DNA of 64,000 nt from contig NC_090211.1 in NCBI RefSeq assembly GCF_033026475.1, positions 3,977,726 through 4,041,725 of the forward strand, given 5' to 3'. The first letter of the stretch is position 1, and each line of letters opens with the position of its first letter. Below, piece after piece: positions 1-11,921 of this stretch. A program made the position numbers and the translations under genes. The notes under the pieces are model-generated. The model did not search any database. It saw only the letters and a program-made list of their open reading frames with translations, and had not been told where the DNA came from. This DNA is from Channa argus (Eukaryota).

Positions 1-3000
1 CTGCCAGGTCACAAACCTTTAAATTTATGAAGCAGAAGTTAGCACTGGTCCTTAAAGTGAAACTTGACATAACTAGTCAAACTAGACAATTCCCTCAGAA
101 ACCTCAAGGTCCCTCTAATGCTGACAACTGTTTTGACAGATACTCAAATTAAGAAGACATTTTTCCTTTTGCTCAAATTATTTTATAAGACTTTTGTGAT
201 TATAGGTAACTGACATCTTCGATAGGTCTTCACCCAGTTGGTGATCAAAGTAGAAGAACAGATGTAACCAGTTTAGAGTCAAGCTGCAGACCATCTGGTC
301 CACTGACCACCATGCTCGTTATGCCAAGGGATAGTTTTTGCATGTCCCCATCACTTTATTACAATCTACTGTAGTTTTATTGCAGCTGTTTCAGTTGTGG
401 GTCGATGTCTCTATTAAGTTGTATTTGAACATCAGGTGCTACAACTGCCCTTCACCCCCTGGTTTTATGCCCTGGTGTTTGTCTCTCAGGCTACATACAC
501 AACCATGTATAGGATGTTGAGGGTCTCAACATTTTTTACCTACTCTAGTAAATATGCAAACAATATTGTCTATCAGAAAAAAAAGTCTACAAAACTTTAC
601 CTATAAATTAATTCATATGTTTGTCTTCACTATGGCCATCCTCCCTTCATCTTATTTAACTGACCATTGACAGTTCGTTTCTTTGAAACTTGGCCATTTT
701 TTGTTGTTTCTGCATGTTTCTGAAATGTGTTCATACTAAATAACCTTAAATAATGGTGTATTGTTGATACCTGTATCTCAACTTTTGGCAGTTAACAGTT
801 AAAAAAATCCCCAATCACGCATAAGTTTCATGATGTCTATGGTCACGTGCTAACTTTACTCTTTCGTTCATATAGACCTTTAGTGCTGAGTAAAGAATTG
901 AATCACTGAAAGATCATTATAGGGTTAGGGGTCTAAACAGCCAACTCCCACAGCAATTAACCTGCTGTTGCTTTCGTTCTTTTTCAGTAAGTGGCAGGAT
1001 TAATGTCAGCTGCATCGAGCTGCATTGGACACTTAGGAGTCAGGGGGGGGGGAAATTAGCAGGAAGAGACGCCCATTAAAGCCATCAGTGTCTGTTGTTT
1101 TTAGCTCTGCTGCTGCAGCAGCAGCAGCGTAATGACTCAATGCTTCGATAATGTTTATTTCATGCCCAGTTAGAGCATCAGTTGTCCGATGTACAGCCCG
1201 TTTATTAAATACCGGATGAGGGCTGGTCGTTGACATCCACCTCCATTTTATTTGCAGGTTTAGATTTTTGGTGTCTACCACATCATTGTAAGATGTTATC
1301 AGAACATATTTCTACTTTCCAGAGAAAAAATTGTCAGTATGCCAAGAATTTAAAGGTAAAATCTGCAGTAACTGAATATACTCAAACTTATTTTACAATA
1401 ACTGGATTTCATATACTATAAATATTTTATTGTGGTGAGGCGCATCAAAGCCTCCTGTGACCCAGAATTAATAAAAAGCACTGGCAGCAGAGTTATTTAG
1501 TTCTGCAGGTTTTGATAGAGACTCCCCCTACTGACCAATCAGAAGTTTTCAGTTATATCTGCTTGATTGGTATGTTTTGGCAGAGCACCATACATAAGGG
1601 AAAGATGGGTGTCATGCAGGGCTAATGTCATTTGCATGTTGTAGCTCTAAATTTAATTAAAAAACATAAAAAGAACAAACAAACTAACAAAACAACGTAA
1701 AATTCTCAAAACTCTTTTTATCAGAACGACAAAATAATCATTAACATGTAAATATGTCACAGAATGTTTGTTAAACTACTGTAGGTTTTCTCATGTTAAT
1801 TATTAAATACAGTCATGCAAAGTTTTTATTCCCCCATTTCGAAATAGCACAGTGTAAAAAGAAGAATTTTTTTCATCAACATATTTAACGCCTAATTAGT
1901 TATTACAAACGTTTAAACTTTAAAAATACTGAATGTACATTATTATTGTACTAGTTGCAGTTTCAACGTAAGGGGATACAAATGTAATTTTGCACATAGA
2001 GCTAATGTTATTTAATTATTAGAAGTAAGACAAACGGTCAAAGATAGTAATGAAAATAACAGTAACAAAATAATGAAAATTAAATCAGTGCAAAAGTTTG
2101 TTTCTAAATACATTTATTTTAAAGTAAGTTTTGCTGATGAAAAAAATTACGTTTTACTCATTTTGCCATTTCAAACTGTTTCTTTGCACATAACTGTATT
2201 TACAATATATATTTCAAATGGTTTCATGCTTTTATTTTTTCTTTTCACTACATTTGGTGTTTTGTTCTGTCTTTGAGAGACCGAAAAGTTTAAGTAAGGC
2301 ATGCTCTTCTTACCAATTAGAGAAGTGACCCTATATGTCACATGCTGCTACGAACGTTTGACACAGTGTCAGTAATTGAGTTTGAATTGTGAAAATTGTA
2401 TCTTTTTGCTTTCATTTTTCCTTTGAGTATAGGCATTAAAAAGAATTTCCACTCAATGAATGTCTATCCCTGTTTTGAAAAATGTTGTTCACTTTATTTC
2501 TGTCTTAGACCCCCAATGAATTAAGTCAGAAGTTCAGCTGTGCTATCATTTATGTAGTAGCATATGTCTAGATAATTTCAAACCTGTAGAGAATTCAATC
2601 GTTACGTTCTGACACAGGGTATTAATTGGATGAATATTTATTAATTATTATCAGAAAGTGTATAAAGCAGGTGACTGTCTCATCGCAGACCTGAGTTTGG
2701 CTACAAAATTCCATGTGTGGTTAAGTTCAGGAAACAAATGCACTTTGGTAAAGTTGAGCAAAAAATTGTGCTTTAGTTAATGGGTTAATACTGTAAACAT
2801 GCTGCGCAATGAAGTGACTGTTTCTCTGTTTATGCTGGAGCAGAGTTTTTGTCTAAAATTAACCATTTAATATAACTCAAAGGGACATTTGAAACAACAC
2901 AATTGATGGAAGCTGAAGCTGATCACATGCGAATCTGCGGTGGATTTACTGTCCTCAAGTACAGACCATTATCCTGCTGACTCTCATACTGACAGTCTGA

Positions 3001-4383
3001 GTGGATGTCTTGTCCCTCACAACTGTCACCTTAGCTGCATCACAACTTTGACTACAGAGCACATTTTGGAGGCAGCCATGTTACTGTAGCTCCAAACAGC
3101 ACTGCAACAAAAAGTACAATCACCAATCAGTTGCTACTTTCAGCCTCTCAAATACAAACATGTCCTGCTTTTTCTGTTTTATACTTTTTTATTTTTTATT
3201 TTTTAAGTTACATGGGACTAATCAAACTGTGATGGATATTTACTAATTATTTTCGTTCTGTCAACGATTATTCAAAAATATAACAGGACGATTATTAAAC
3301 AACTACAACCACATAGACCTTTAGCTGTAGTCATAAACCAGTTAAACTGCAAATCTGCATTCTATACTGAGTAGAATTTTAATAAACACCTGATTATTTC
3401 CTTTGAATCAATTGTCTCTTCGGCCAATAAACACAAAAGTCAGCAAATAAAAAAACATTACTTAGTAATTCTGTAATTTGCTAAATTTGCTGTTTGGGTG
3501 ACATATATTTGTAAACGGGCTATTTATGTCTTTTGGACTGTTACTACAGTTTCTACTACAATAACAATGCATACAATCACAATCAATTGTCAATATAATA
3601 TTGTGCTACCTTTTTCAATTCTTTTCACCACAGAACAAGGACATAATAATGATTCAAACTAACCAGCCTCTCTTAGGCTTTTCTAGAAAAATATCACTGA
3701 ACCTACAACTATTATATGACTGTTCTTGTGAATTATTCCCACTTGTGTAGAAAAATCAAAGTAAAATCATGTGTAAACCATGAGAGCAATTTAGAAAACC
3801 CAATCTTCTATTTTATGCATATTAAAAACCCAATGATGTGTCTTGACAGGATTGCTGTTCCTCACACACAAATGAGGCACACACTAGGGAAACAAATGCA
3901 CCAAATGCCTCAGCATCAAAGGCAGACAAAGAAAAGGGAAACATCCAGATGGAAGTGTGATGCAGCCGGAGCAGAGGGAAGGCGACACACCCACTGTGTT
4001 ATTGTAGAAGCAGCACATGTTTTACACAGCTAACATGTAAAATAAACATTTTCTTACCACAGCAGCCGATCACTGATCTTTTACCTGGCCCTAGACCATG
4101 AGAAGCTGCAGACTGATGTCCATTTTGTCTCTGCAAGAGATACAAGAGGTACAATCCATTGATGTGAGACAAAGAAGGAGTGATAATAAAAAAAAAAATT
4201 CTGGGACACGATTCTGGATCAAACCCTCTGTAAAGTTTGTTTTTTAAATCGTGGATTAGCTCATTAGTATTTTCCTTGATTTGGTTTATAATTTTAATTT
4301 TGTGATCAAGCTGGAGTGTCACTGCAGCAGATCTGTCTCTTCTACTGCAAGAGGTAAAAAGGAAGGGAGGGGTGCTTTAAGAG

Positions 4384-4387
<4 letters not shown>

Positions 4388-4415
<28 letters not shown>

Positions 4416-4484
4416 CATGTATGTGTGAGATTCCGTGTTTGTGTGTGGGTGTGTGCATGTGTGTGCGTGTGTGTCTGTGTATGT
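4388..4484. repeat. Imperfect (GT)n microsatellite, about 45 units with interruptions
   Basis: Direct reading: gtgtgtgt runs interrupted by gcat, atgt and gggt. The overlapping six-frame ORFs are poly-Cys-Val or poly-His-Thr artefacts. Confidence 0.9.
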
Positions 4485-6699
4485 GAGAGCAGGAGGTAGC
4501 ACTTGCTCTGCAGTCGCTGCTTTCTTCTTCCTTTAGTGTGAAGCTGGCAGGAGGAGAAAAGTGTAGTGTCTGCTAAAGCTTTCACAATAAAAGTCTGGTG
4601 TAGTCCTCTGAGACTTTGGTGGAATTCATTGGTGAAAACAAATCTCAATGTTTGTTATATATTTAATACAATAAATGTTAGATAAACCAGAAACTCTAAA
4701 GATCTGTTTAAATGCAATTAGTATTGATTAAATTAAATGTAATGTGGTCTCTATGGCAACAACTGCAAGCTGACAGGCTCTCTGAAATTCATTGAGGACA
4801 TTTCTGGAAGTGAGGTTTTTAGGTGCCTGGAATCTTTTTTGACCAGAATGTTTGCACAGGAGAAGGAGTGGCAACGAAAACTGGCAGGTGACAGAAAGCA
4901 GAGAATACAGTGGGTGAGGGACTTTTACCAAGGGAAAAGCTGGTGTTAGTTGCTTTTAAGCTTTTTGGTTTGGCAATGAAAAAGGGAAGCACAACTGTTT
5001 CAGAATGAGGTCGAGGCAGCTGTGGAGGAGGAGGGGTCCAACAGACCAGTATCAATAAGACAGAGAGGAGCTTGGACAAAGTAAGTACTGTACAAAGTAC
5101 GCACTGTCACTGATGGTTATCAGTAGCGGGATGACCAGGTCCCACAGACAATTGCTGACAGCATCAGTACATAAATATTTGTCGAAATGTGAATCCTATC
5201 TTCTTTGTCAAAGAGGGATCTTCAGAATGGCAATTCATGGCTAAAATAGCTTTGGTTTTCTACTCACATTACTGGGACTACACCTTGGTCCAACAATGTG
5301 TTGTAGTCCGTTTATGCTCCACACTCACTGTGGGAGGAAACTTAAATAAGCACGAGTCAGTTATGAAAAGCTGAAGAGCAGTTGCCACAGAGGAGACAGA
5401 ATAGTTTAGTGTTGGCCTATGGAGGTTATGTTCTGATGATTTGCAGGTCAGTCAGTACACAGATGATGCTGTTCACTAAAGGAGACAGAAGGACGTACCA
5501 GCACAGATGTAGTTAGGAAAGCATCAAGACGGCTTTGCTTGAGAGAGCAGATCTGTGGATTGCTGCTAAGGTACAGGTTGAATTCCGACCAACCCTGTCT
5601 GTGTATGATATTTTAAGCTCCAAGACACCTGATGACCCCAGGAAACAACACAGATGATGTACCCTAGTTTTACCCTCGTTGAGATCTTTCAAAATGAATA
5701 TAAAGATACAACATATGAATGTATTTTGAAGGAAGAAAAAAACAAAACAAAATAATGTGAATCATGTGAAAGCATTACTCTTACTTTGAAAGATAGGTGT
5801 CTAACTTCCTGTATTGTCTTAGTTAACTGTGAATAATTTGTAGCACTTGTTTCTGTCCCCATCCTGCTGTTTCTGCTGACTTAATACAGTTGTAACAATG
5901 CAGCGTACACTCTCCAGCTACACAATCCCACAACTCAGGGACAATAGTTTGGATGTTTGAAGGATTTAACAATGCAGTGTAAAAGGTGTGAGTCAGGGAC
6001 TTTTTCACATTTGTACTTTATGAGATCTGTGTCAATAAAATAATCTCCACCTTGTAATAAATAAACACCAGTAGAATAAATAGTAACTCGGTAAATGTTT
6101 AAACCATTCATATTTAAATGTATTGTGGCAGACAGAAAGTTAGAATCATTGATGTCTTTTTGCTTGTTTATTTTGAAACTGTTAACTAGAAGTGAAATAA
6201 CCATCATTTTGCTAATTTATGTATCTACACACATATGTATATAGATGTGACTTGCACACTTTTTGTTACAAAATATTTTAAATTGCTAAAATTACAATTT
6301 GCCAATGCACCTAAAATTAAAGAAAACATGTTTTGCTTTTTCAGTAAAAAAACAAATCTAATTGAAATCATTCATTTACCACAGTATTGAAACCTTTATT
6401 TATACCTCTGGCAGCGGATAGAGCTTTGTGTCTCTAGAAGCTTGTTATACCTGGATTTAGACAGTTTATCTCATTCTTCCTGAAAGAGCCCCTCAATCTT
6501 CATCAGATCTCTGCACTTTCCAGGGCTTGATATAACATTTTTTTTCTCCCCAGCTACTGTGGCTAGTGGATTTCCAAAGTTACTAGCCAATAGTTATGTT
6601 TGTTGGCCAAAATGTTAACATTTGTAAGACATTTAGATTGGACAGAGAATATTGAATACAAATTTTTTTTCTATTCTCAAAAGCCATCTGAAATAATTG

Positions 6700-7326
6700 C
6701 AATTTGACATTACACACAATTCTTAATGACACTATCTGCACACACTGTTGCTGATTTTGTGAAGGATATAAGAGGATATAAAAAGTGATGTTTCCCGTTT
6801 TGTAGCATCCCCTCTTCTTTTAACAACTGTCTGTAAATGTCTAGGAAGTGAGGAAACCAGTCTTCCCTGAAAGAGATATTGTCTGGATGGGAGCAAATGT
6901 TGTTCTAAAACCTCTTTGTACTTTTCAGCAGTGATGCTGCCTTTCCAGATGTGTAAGCTCCCCACACCATAGGCACTAATTCAACCCCACACCATCAGAG
7001 ATGCAGGCTTTTGAACTGTCCGCTGATAAGAAGCTGGATGGGCCCACTTCTCTTTAGTCCGCAGGACACAGCATCCATGGTTTCTACATTGATTTTTGGA
7101 AGTGTTCCTGAGCCCATGCAGTTATGTCCAGTAGAGAATCGGGCCTGTTTTTAATGCAGTGCTGCCTGAGGGCCTGAAGACCACCCACATCCAGTTTTGA
7201 CCTTCTGGCTTGTCCCTTGCCCACAGAGATTCCTCATTTGATGATGTTATATACTGTAGATGGTGGGATTATATTAAACATATTAAAGTCTTTTTTCTGA
7301 AATTGTTCCACTATTTTTAGATTCAG
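6700..7326 (-). mobile_element. Tc1/mariner (DD34E-type) element, 3' part with C-terminal transposase remnant, truncated or interrupted
   Basis: The minus-strand translation gives ...[50 protein letters not shown].... This matches the catalytic and C-terminal region of fish Tc1-like transposases (the MVWGC...HI..G.I.AE.Y..VLE.H.LPS motif block). There are stops and no intact ORF. Confidence 0.7.
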
Positions 7327-9340
7327 TTTCAATTCAATTCAATTCAATTCAATTCAACTTTATTTATATAGCGCCAATTCACAACAAAGTCATCTCAAGG
7401 TACTTTACAGAATAAAGTCAAGACTATAAAGATGTATGGAGAGAAACCAACAGTCCCCCCTTGAGCAAGCACTAGGCAACAGTGGAGAGGAAAAACTCCC
7501 TTTAATGGAAGAAACCTCCAGCAGAACCAGGCTCAGGGTGGACGGACATCTGCCTCGACCGGTTGGAGTGAGTGGAAAGTGAAGAGAGAAAAGAAAAGAG
7601 CAACAAGAAAACATCTGGCAGGTTGGTAGGGCCAGTAGCTGCAGCCCGGGGACACCAGCAGAAAGGGACAGAGAGAGGGAGACAGAGAAGGAGAAAGACA
7701 ACTACGGGAGAAAACACAGAGTTAATGACATACAGTGGTGACAATTGCGGGGTGAGAGGAGAGGCGAGAGGGTCAAGAGGAGAAAAGGAGCTCAGTGAAT
7801 TAGGGGGGTGGGTCCCCCAGCAGTATAAGCCTATAGCACCATGACTATAACTAACTATAAGCTTTATTGAAGCGGAAGATTTTAAGCCTAGACTTAAAAG
7901 TAGAGAGGTGTCTGCTTCCCGAATCTGAACTGGGAGCTGGTTCCACAGGAGAGGAGCTTGATAGCTAAAGGTTCTACCTCCCGTTCTATATTTGGACATT
8001 CTGGGAACCATAAGTAGGCCTGCATTCTGAGATCGAAGTTGTGTACTGGGATGATATGGTGCTATGAGGTCTTCTATATATGATGGAGCCTGACCATTCA
8101 GAGCTTTATATGTAAGAAGCAGGGTTTTAAATTCTATTCTAGATTTAATGGGAAGCCAATGGAGAGAAGCTAGTGAAGGTGAAATATGATCTCTCTTGCT
8201 AGTTCCAGTCAGCACTCTTGCTGCAGCATTTTGGATTAATTGAAGGCTCTTTAGTGAGTTACTGGGGCATCCTGAAAGTAGGGAATTACAGTAGTCCAAC
8301 CTAGAGGTAACAAATGCATGGACCAGTTTTTCGGCATCACTTTGAGACAGGATGCTCCTAATTTTGGCAATGTTCCGTAGGTGGAAGAAGGCTGTTTTAG
8401 AGATTTGTTTTATATGTGAGGTAAAGCACAAATCCTGGTCAAAAATAACTCCAAGGTTCCTCACCGCAGTACTGGAGGCCAGATTTATGCCATCTAGAGT
8501 AACAATATGGTTGAACATCATATTTCTGAGATTTTTGCGCCCAAATACTATGACTTTATGGCCTTTTAGGCCTTTATGTCTTGTAGGCTTGAAGCTTGAT
8601 TAACTGATTTTTTTCATCTGGTTCCATAGATAAATATAGCTGGGTATCATCAGCATAGCAGGGGAAATGTATGGAGTGATTTCTAATAATGTTGCCTAAA
8701 GGAGACATATATAAAGTAAAAAGTATTGGTCCTAACACTGAGCCTTGTGGAACTCCATAGCTAACCTTTGTGTGCATGGAGGATTATTCGTTAACATGAA
8801 CAAATTGAAATCTATCAGACAGATAAGATTTAAACCAACCTAGTGCAGTTCCTTTAATCCCAATTTCATGTTCCAGTCTCTGTAATAAAATGTTATGATC
8901 AATGGTATCAAATGCAGCACTAAGATCTAACGGAACAAGTATAGAGATGAGTCCATTATCTGAGGCCATGAGAAGATCGTTGGTGAATTTTATCAGTGCT
9001 GTTTCTGTACTATGATGAACTCTAAATCCTGACTGAAAGTCTTCATACAAATTATTCCTATGAAGGGGATCACATAATTGTTTTCTTTTTCAATTATTTT
9101 AGAAATAAAGGGGAGATTAGATATTGGTCTGTAATTGGCTAAAACATCTGGGTCAAGACAGGGTTTTTTAAGTAATGGTTTAATTACAGCTACCTTATAG
9201 GCCTGTGGTACATAGCTTGTTTCTAAAGATAGATTGATGATATCTAATATGAACGTATCTATTAAAGGTAAAGCTTCATTGAGCAGCTTAGTTGGAATAT
9301 GGTATTTTGTTGCAGATTGGTGAACCTCTGCCCATCTTTA
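7327..9340 (-). mobile_element. L2-like non-LTR retrotransposon (LINE) copy A. It is 5'-truncated with an RT plus C-terminal ORF2 remnant and a (GAATT)n 3' tail
   Basis: Minus-strand translations carry RT motifs: [101 protein letters not shown] and YADDTQLY. A long C-terminal ORF follows (ORF 7502..8521). The 3' end at 7330-7357 is (aattc)5 preceded by a ttatatag tail. The same tail occurs at 34.7 kb and 51.55 kb. Confidence 0.8.
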
Positions 9341-9650
9341 CATTTGAGAGGCTCTGTCTCTCTGAAATGCTCCTCTTATACCCAGTCATGTTACTGACCT
9401 GTTGCCAATTAAACTAATTAGTTATCAAATGCTCCTCCGTTTGTTTTTGAGTTGCAGCAATTACTTTTCCAGTCTTTTGTTGCCCCTGTGGTGTTGCTGT
9501 GTTGCTGCCATCAAATTCAAAATGAGCTAATATTTTCCATGAAATGGAAATATCTCAGTTTCAACATTTTTATATTACATTTTTATGTTTTTAATGTTGT
9601 ATTGTGAATAAAATATGGGTTGAAGAGATTCACATTGTCCCAACTTTTTT
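9341..9650 (-). mobile_element. Probable Tc1-like 5' terminal region (TIR, subterminal and promoter part) flanking the LINE insertion
   Basis: Non-coding block with Tc1 subterminal-like sequence. The reverse complement reads ...aattggcaacaggtcagtaacatgactgggtataagaggagcatttcagag.... Together with the 6700-7326 transposase remnant it is consistent with one Tc1 element split by the LINE. The boundary with the LINE is approximate. Confidence 0.35.
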
Positions 9651-9660
9651 AAATTGTATT

Positions 9661-9666
<6 letters not shown>

Positions 9667-9724
<58 letters not shown>
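9667..9724. repeat. Perfect (TG)29 microsatellite
   Basis: Direct reading: an uninterrupted tg dinucleotide run. Confidence 0.95.
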
Positions 9725-9725
<1 letters not shown>

Positions 9726-10029
9726 ATACAGCCGCCAACCTATTCGTTGGAGTTACAGTTAGTGTGTTCCCTCATTGCTGAAATGTACCCATGATGGGTG
9801 TAATGACGGCCATGTAGTTTACCAAAACAATACCATGTCCATAAGCACTATGCTGTATTTTGTACATAAATAATGTTGTGGCAACAAAGCAGCCAAATTA
9901 AATTTTGAGGTTGTGGTTGCTCAGGTTCATCTAATTTCCCACTCAGAGATCTGACTTGAAGGGTTGTTCTATTTGAAATTTCCAACATATGAATTACAAT
10001 CTGAATTACAACTAACTAGTACAATAGAC

Positions 10030-10330
10030 CATAAATGTCAGAGACTTGTCCCGATCCACTCCAGCATTGTCTTGGCTGTATGCTTCAGGTCATTGTCATG
10101 CTAAAAGGTGAACTGTCTTCCCAGTGTCAGATCCCATGTGCTTTGGAGCTTAGGTTCATCCTGTCTGTGTTACTCAGCAATGTCATAGCATGATGCTGCC
10201 ACCACTATGTTTCTGTTAGGAGGTGAGCAGTGCCCCATGTTCACCATACATAGTTCATAGTTCTTCTGCTAGAATTTCCAATCAGTTTATCAATTACAGG
10301 GTTCGTGGTTCACGTTTCCTCATGGCCTCA
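10030..10330 (-). mobile_element. Tc1-like transposase gene fragment (degenerate)
   Basis: The nucleotide pattern ...ccagcattgtcttggctgtatgcttcaggtcattgtcatgctaaaaggtgaac...catgatgctgccaccactatgtttc... is the antisense of the conserved Tc1/SB-type transposase core (MLPPP.HHAA...FQHDNDPKH...). I recognise it at nucleotide level from Sleeping-Beauty-like elements. Confidence 0.55.
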
Positions 10331-10656
10331 TGTCAATGTGCCCACATGACACTGAAATCAGTCTGGGGATAAGAAAATTTTAAGTATTTTAAAGCTGATG
10401 CCAATATAACATTAGCATGTGTATGTATATTATACATATACATATTATACAATAACATATTAAATTCCGTTTTATACATACGTGCATGTGATGCAAACAA
10501 GGTTTTAGTCAAGTTAGATGCTTTTGAAAAGCTTTTATTGTGAAGAAATAAGTCGTTGCCGCACAGCAATGAAATCGTTTCCTTTTTCGTTTGTTGTTAT
10601 CTGGTTCTGTTTCCGGTGGAGATACAGCCGCAGTTTTTCATGGTTCCAAAATCAAA

Positions 10657-10849
10657 ATGACCAAACTCCAGCTGCTCAACGCTTATCTGACGGAGCGACT
10701 CACGGTGGTGGTTAAAGAGATCCTTGACGTGGTGGAGGACACGGTGACCGAGTACAGGGAGGAGACCGCCAGAACCAAGCGAGAGAACGAGAGCCTGCGG
10801 AGGCAGCTGCGGGACATCCTACTGCTGGAGGCCGAGACCGAGTGGCTGA
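10657..10849 (+). CDS. C2H2 zinc-finger protein, exon 1, encoding the teleost-type ZNF N-terminal domain
   Basis: The first ATG in frame (aaaatcaaaATGa, A at -3) gives MTKLQLLNAYLTERLTVVVKEILDVVEDTVTEYREETARTKRENESLRRQLRDILLLEAETEWL. This is the conserved N-terminal domain found at the start of many fish ZNF genes (M.KLQ.L...ERL..A.EEI...VE.T..EY.EE..R...EN..LRR.L). A consensus donor CTGa|gtaagg follows at 10850, leaving phase 1. Confidence 0.6.
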
Positions 10850-11921
10850 GTAAGGGCCGAGCTAGCTGTGTAGCTCCGTTAGTGAACCGCGTTCGAAACT
10901 GCGCTGAACAAATGTGCCCAGTTAAATCGTTCTCATGGATCTAACGCTAAATACCGACAAAAACACGGGTTTAAAAATGTGTACGTGTTGTTAAGCTCTG
11001 CTTTTTACCATCGGCACCTGTTCCAGGATTCGAACATGCTTGTTCTTTGCTTGTTGAAATAAGGAACTTTCCATCAATGAGCTCAGTGAATCAGCTTGAT
11101 GTCGAAAGTGCAGATTCGGCATTTGAAAGAGATGTTGATTTAAAGCTCAGCAAGCAATAACAAGTGTTACCTTTTAAAGTCTGTTGATCCCCCCAAAAAA
11201 TGCTATTGTTTCTTATTGTTACGAGCTGTGTGTTTTACTTAAACAGCTCACATGCTACTGCAAAAAGTGAGTAGTTTCAGTGAAACAAAGTTTCAGAAAG
11301 GTTAAATCCCGAATCCATGAAAAGGGAATTCTGTTCACTTCTATCTATCACATTTATCTACGCCTGGCCACCAATACAAGTACTGCTTACACTGAACGAG
11401 ACACTAACATCTGTAAAATGGGAATCGTTTCTAGTTTGTAGGATCATTTGGTGGCACATTGCGTGATTCAAATGTAAAATGAATGGTAATCTAGGGCTAA
11501 AATAATGAAATGACAGATGTTTAACTGCAACAATTTTGATAAACTATTCATTATTAGTGTGTTTTATTTTGTACACTTGCAAAATTGCTCTTATTTGTTC
11601 TACTAAAGTGTGAGTTTATGTATAATTTTTGTCTTATGTGAAAGAAAACTGACAACTTTAGATTGTTTGTTTGAAAAAAGAGTCATTTGAATATGTCAGT
11701 CTGTGAACTTTTATTTGAGAATAGTTTTGACCTGTTGTGATGATTTCAGAAGATTATAATCCATATTTTGAAAACTGACACTTGAACTGAACTTGGGCTT
11801 TGTAGTGTGTCCACGATTGAGAAGAGCCAAGTCCATCCATTGTTATTTGTTTGGTTCACTCGAGGAAATTGTCGTTAATTTCAAGGTATTTCTACGTTTT
11901 TTTCCTTACGTGTTGTTCCAG

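Noticed and set aside
3716-4033. 105-aa plus ORF (MTVLVNYSHLCRKIKVK...)
   Set aside because: Basic, low-complexity composition (HQ and QR-rich) with no motifs and an AT-rich context. Judged non-coding.
4281-4648. ORFs 4281..4499 (+) and 4319..4648 (-) of 72 to 109 aa
   Set aside because: They are translations of the (GT)n microsatellite (CVCVCV and THTHTH runs) and are not coding.
7405-7844. ORFs overlapping the LINE tail (7405..7701 minus, 7572..7844 plus)
   Set aside because: They are low-complexity (SLSLSL, RGRQRRRK) and lie inside the non-coding 3' tail of the LINE.
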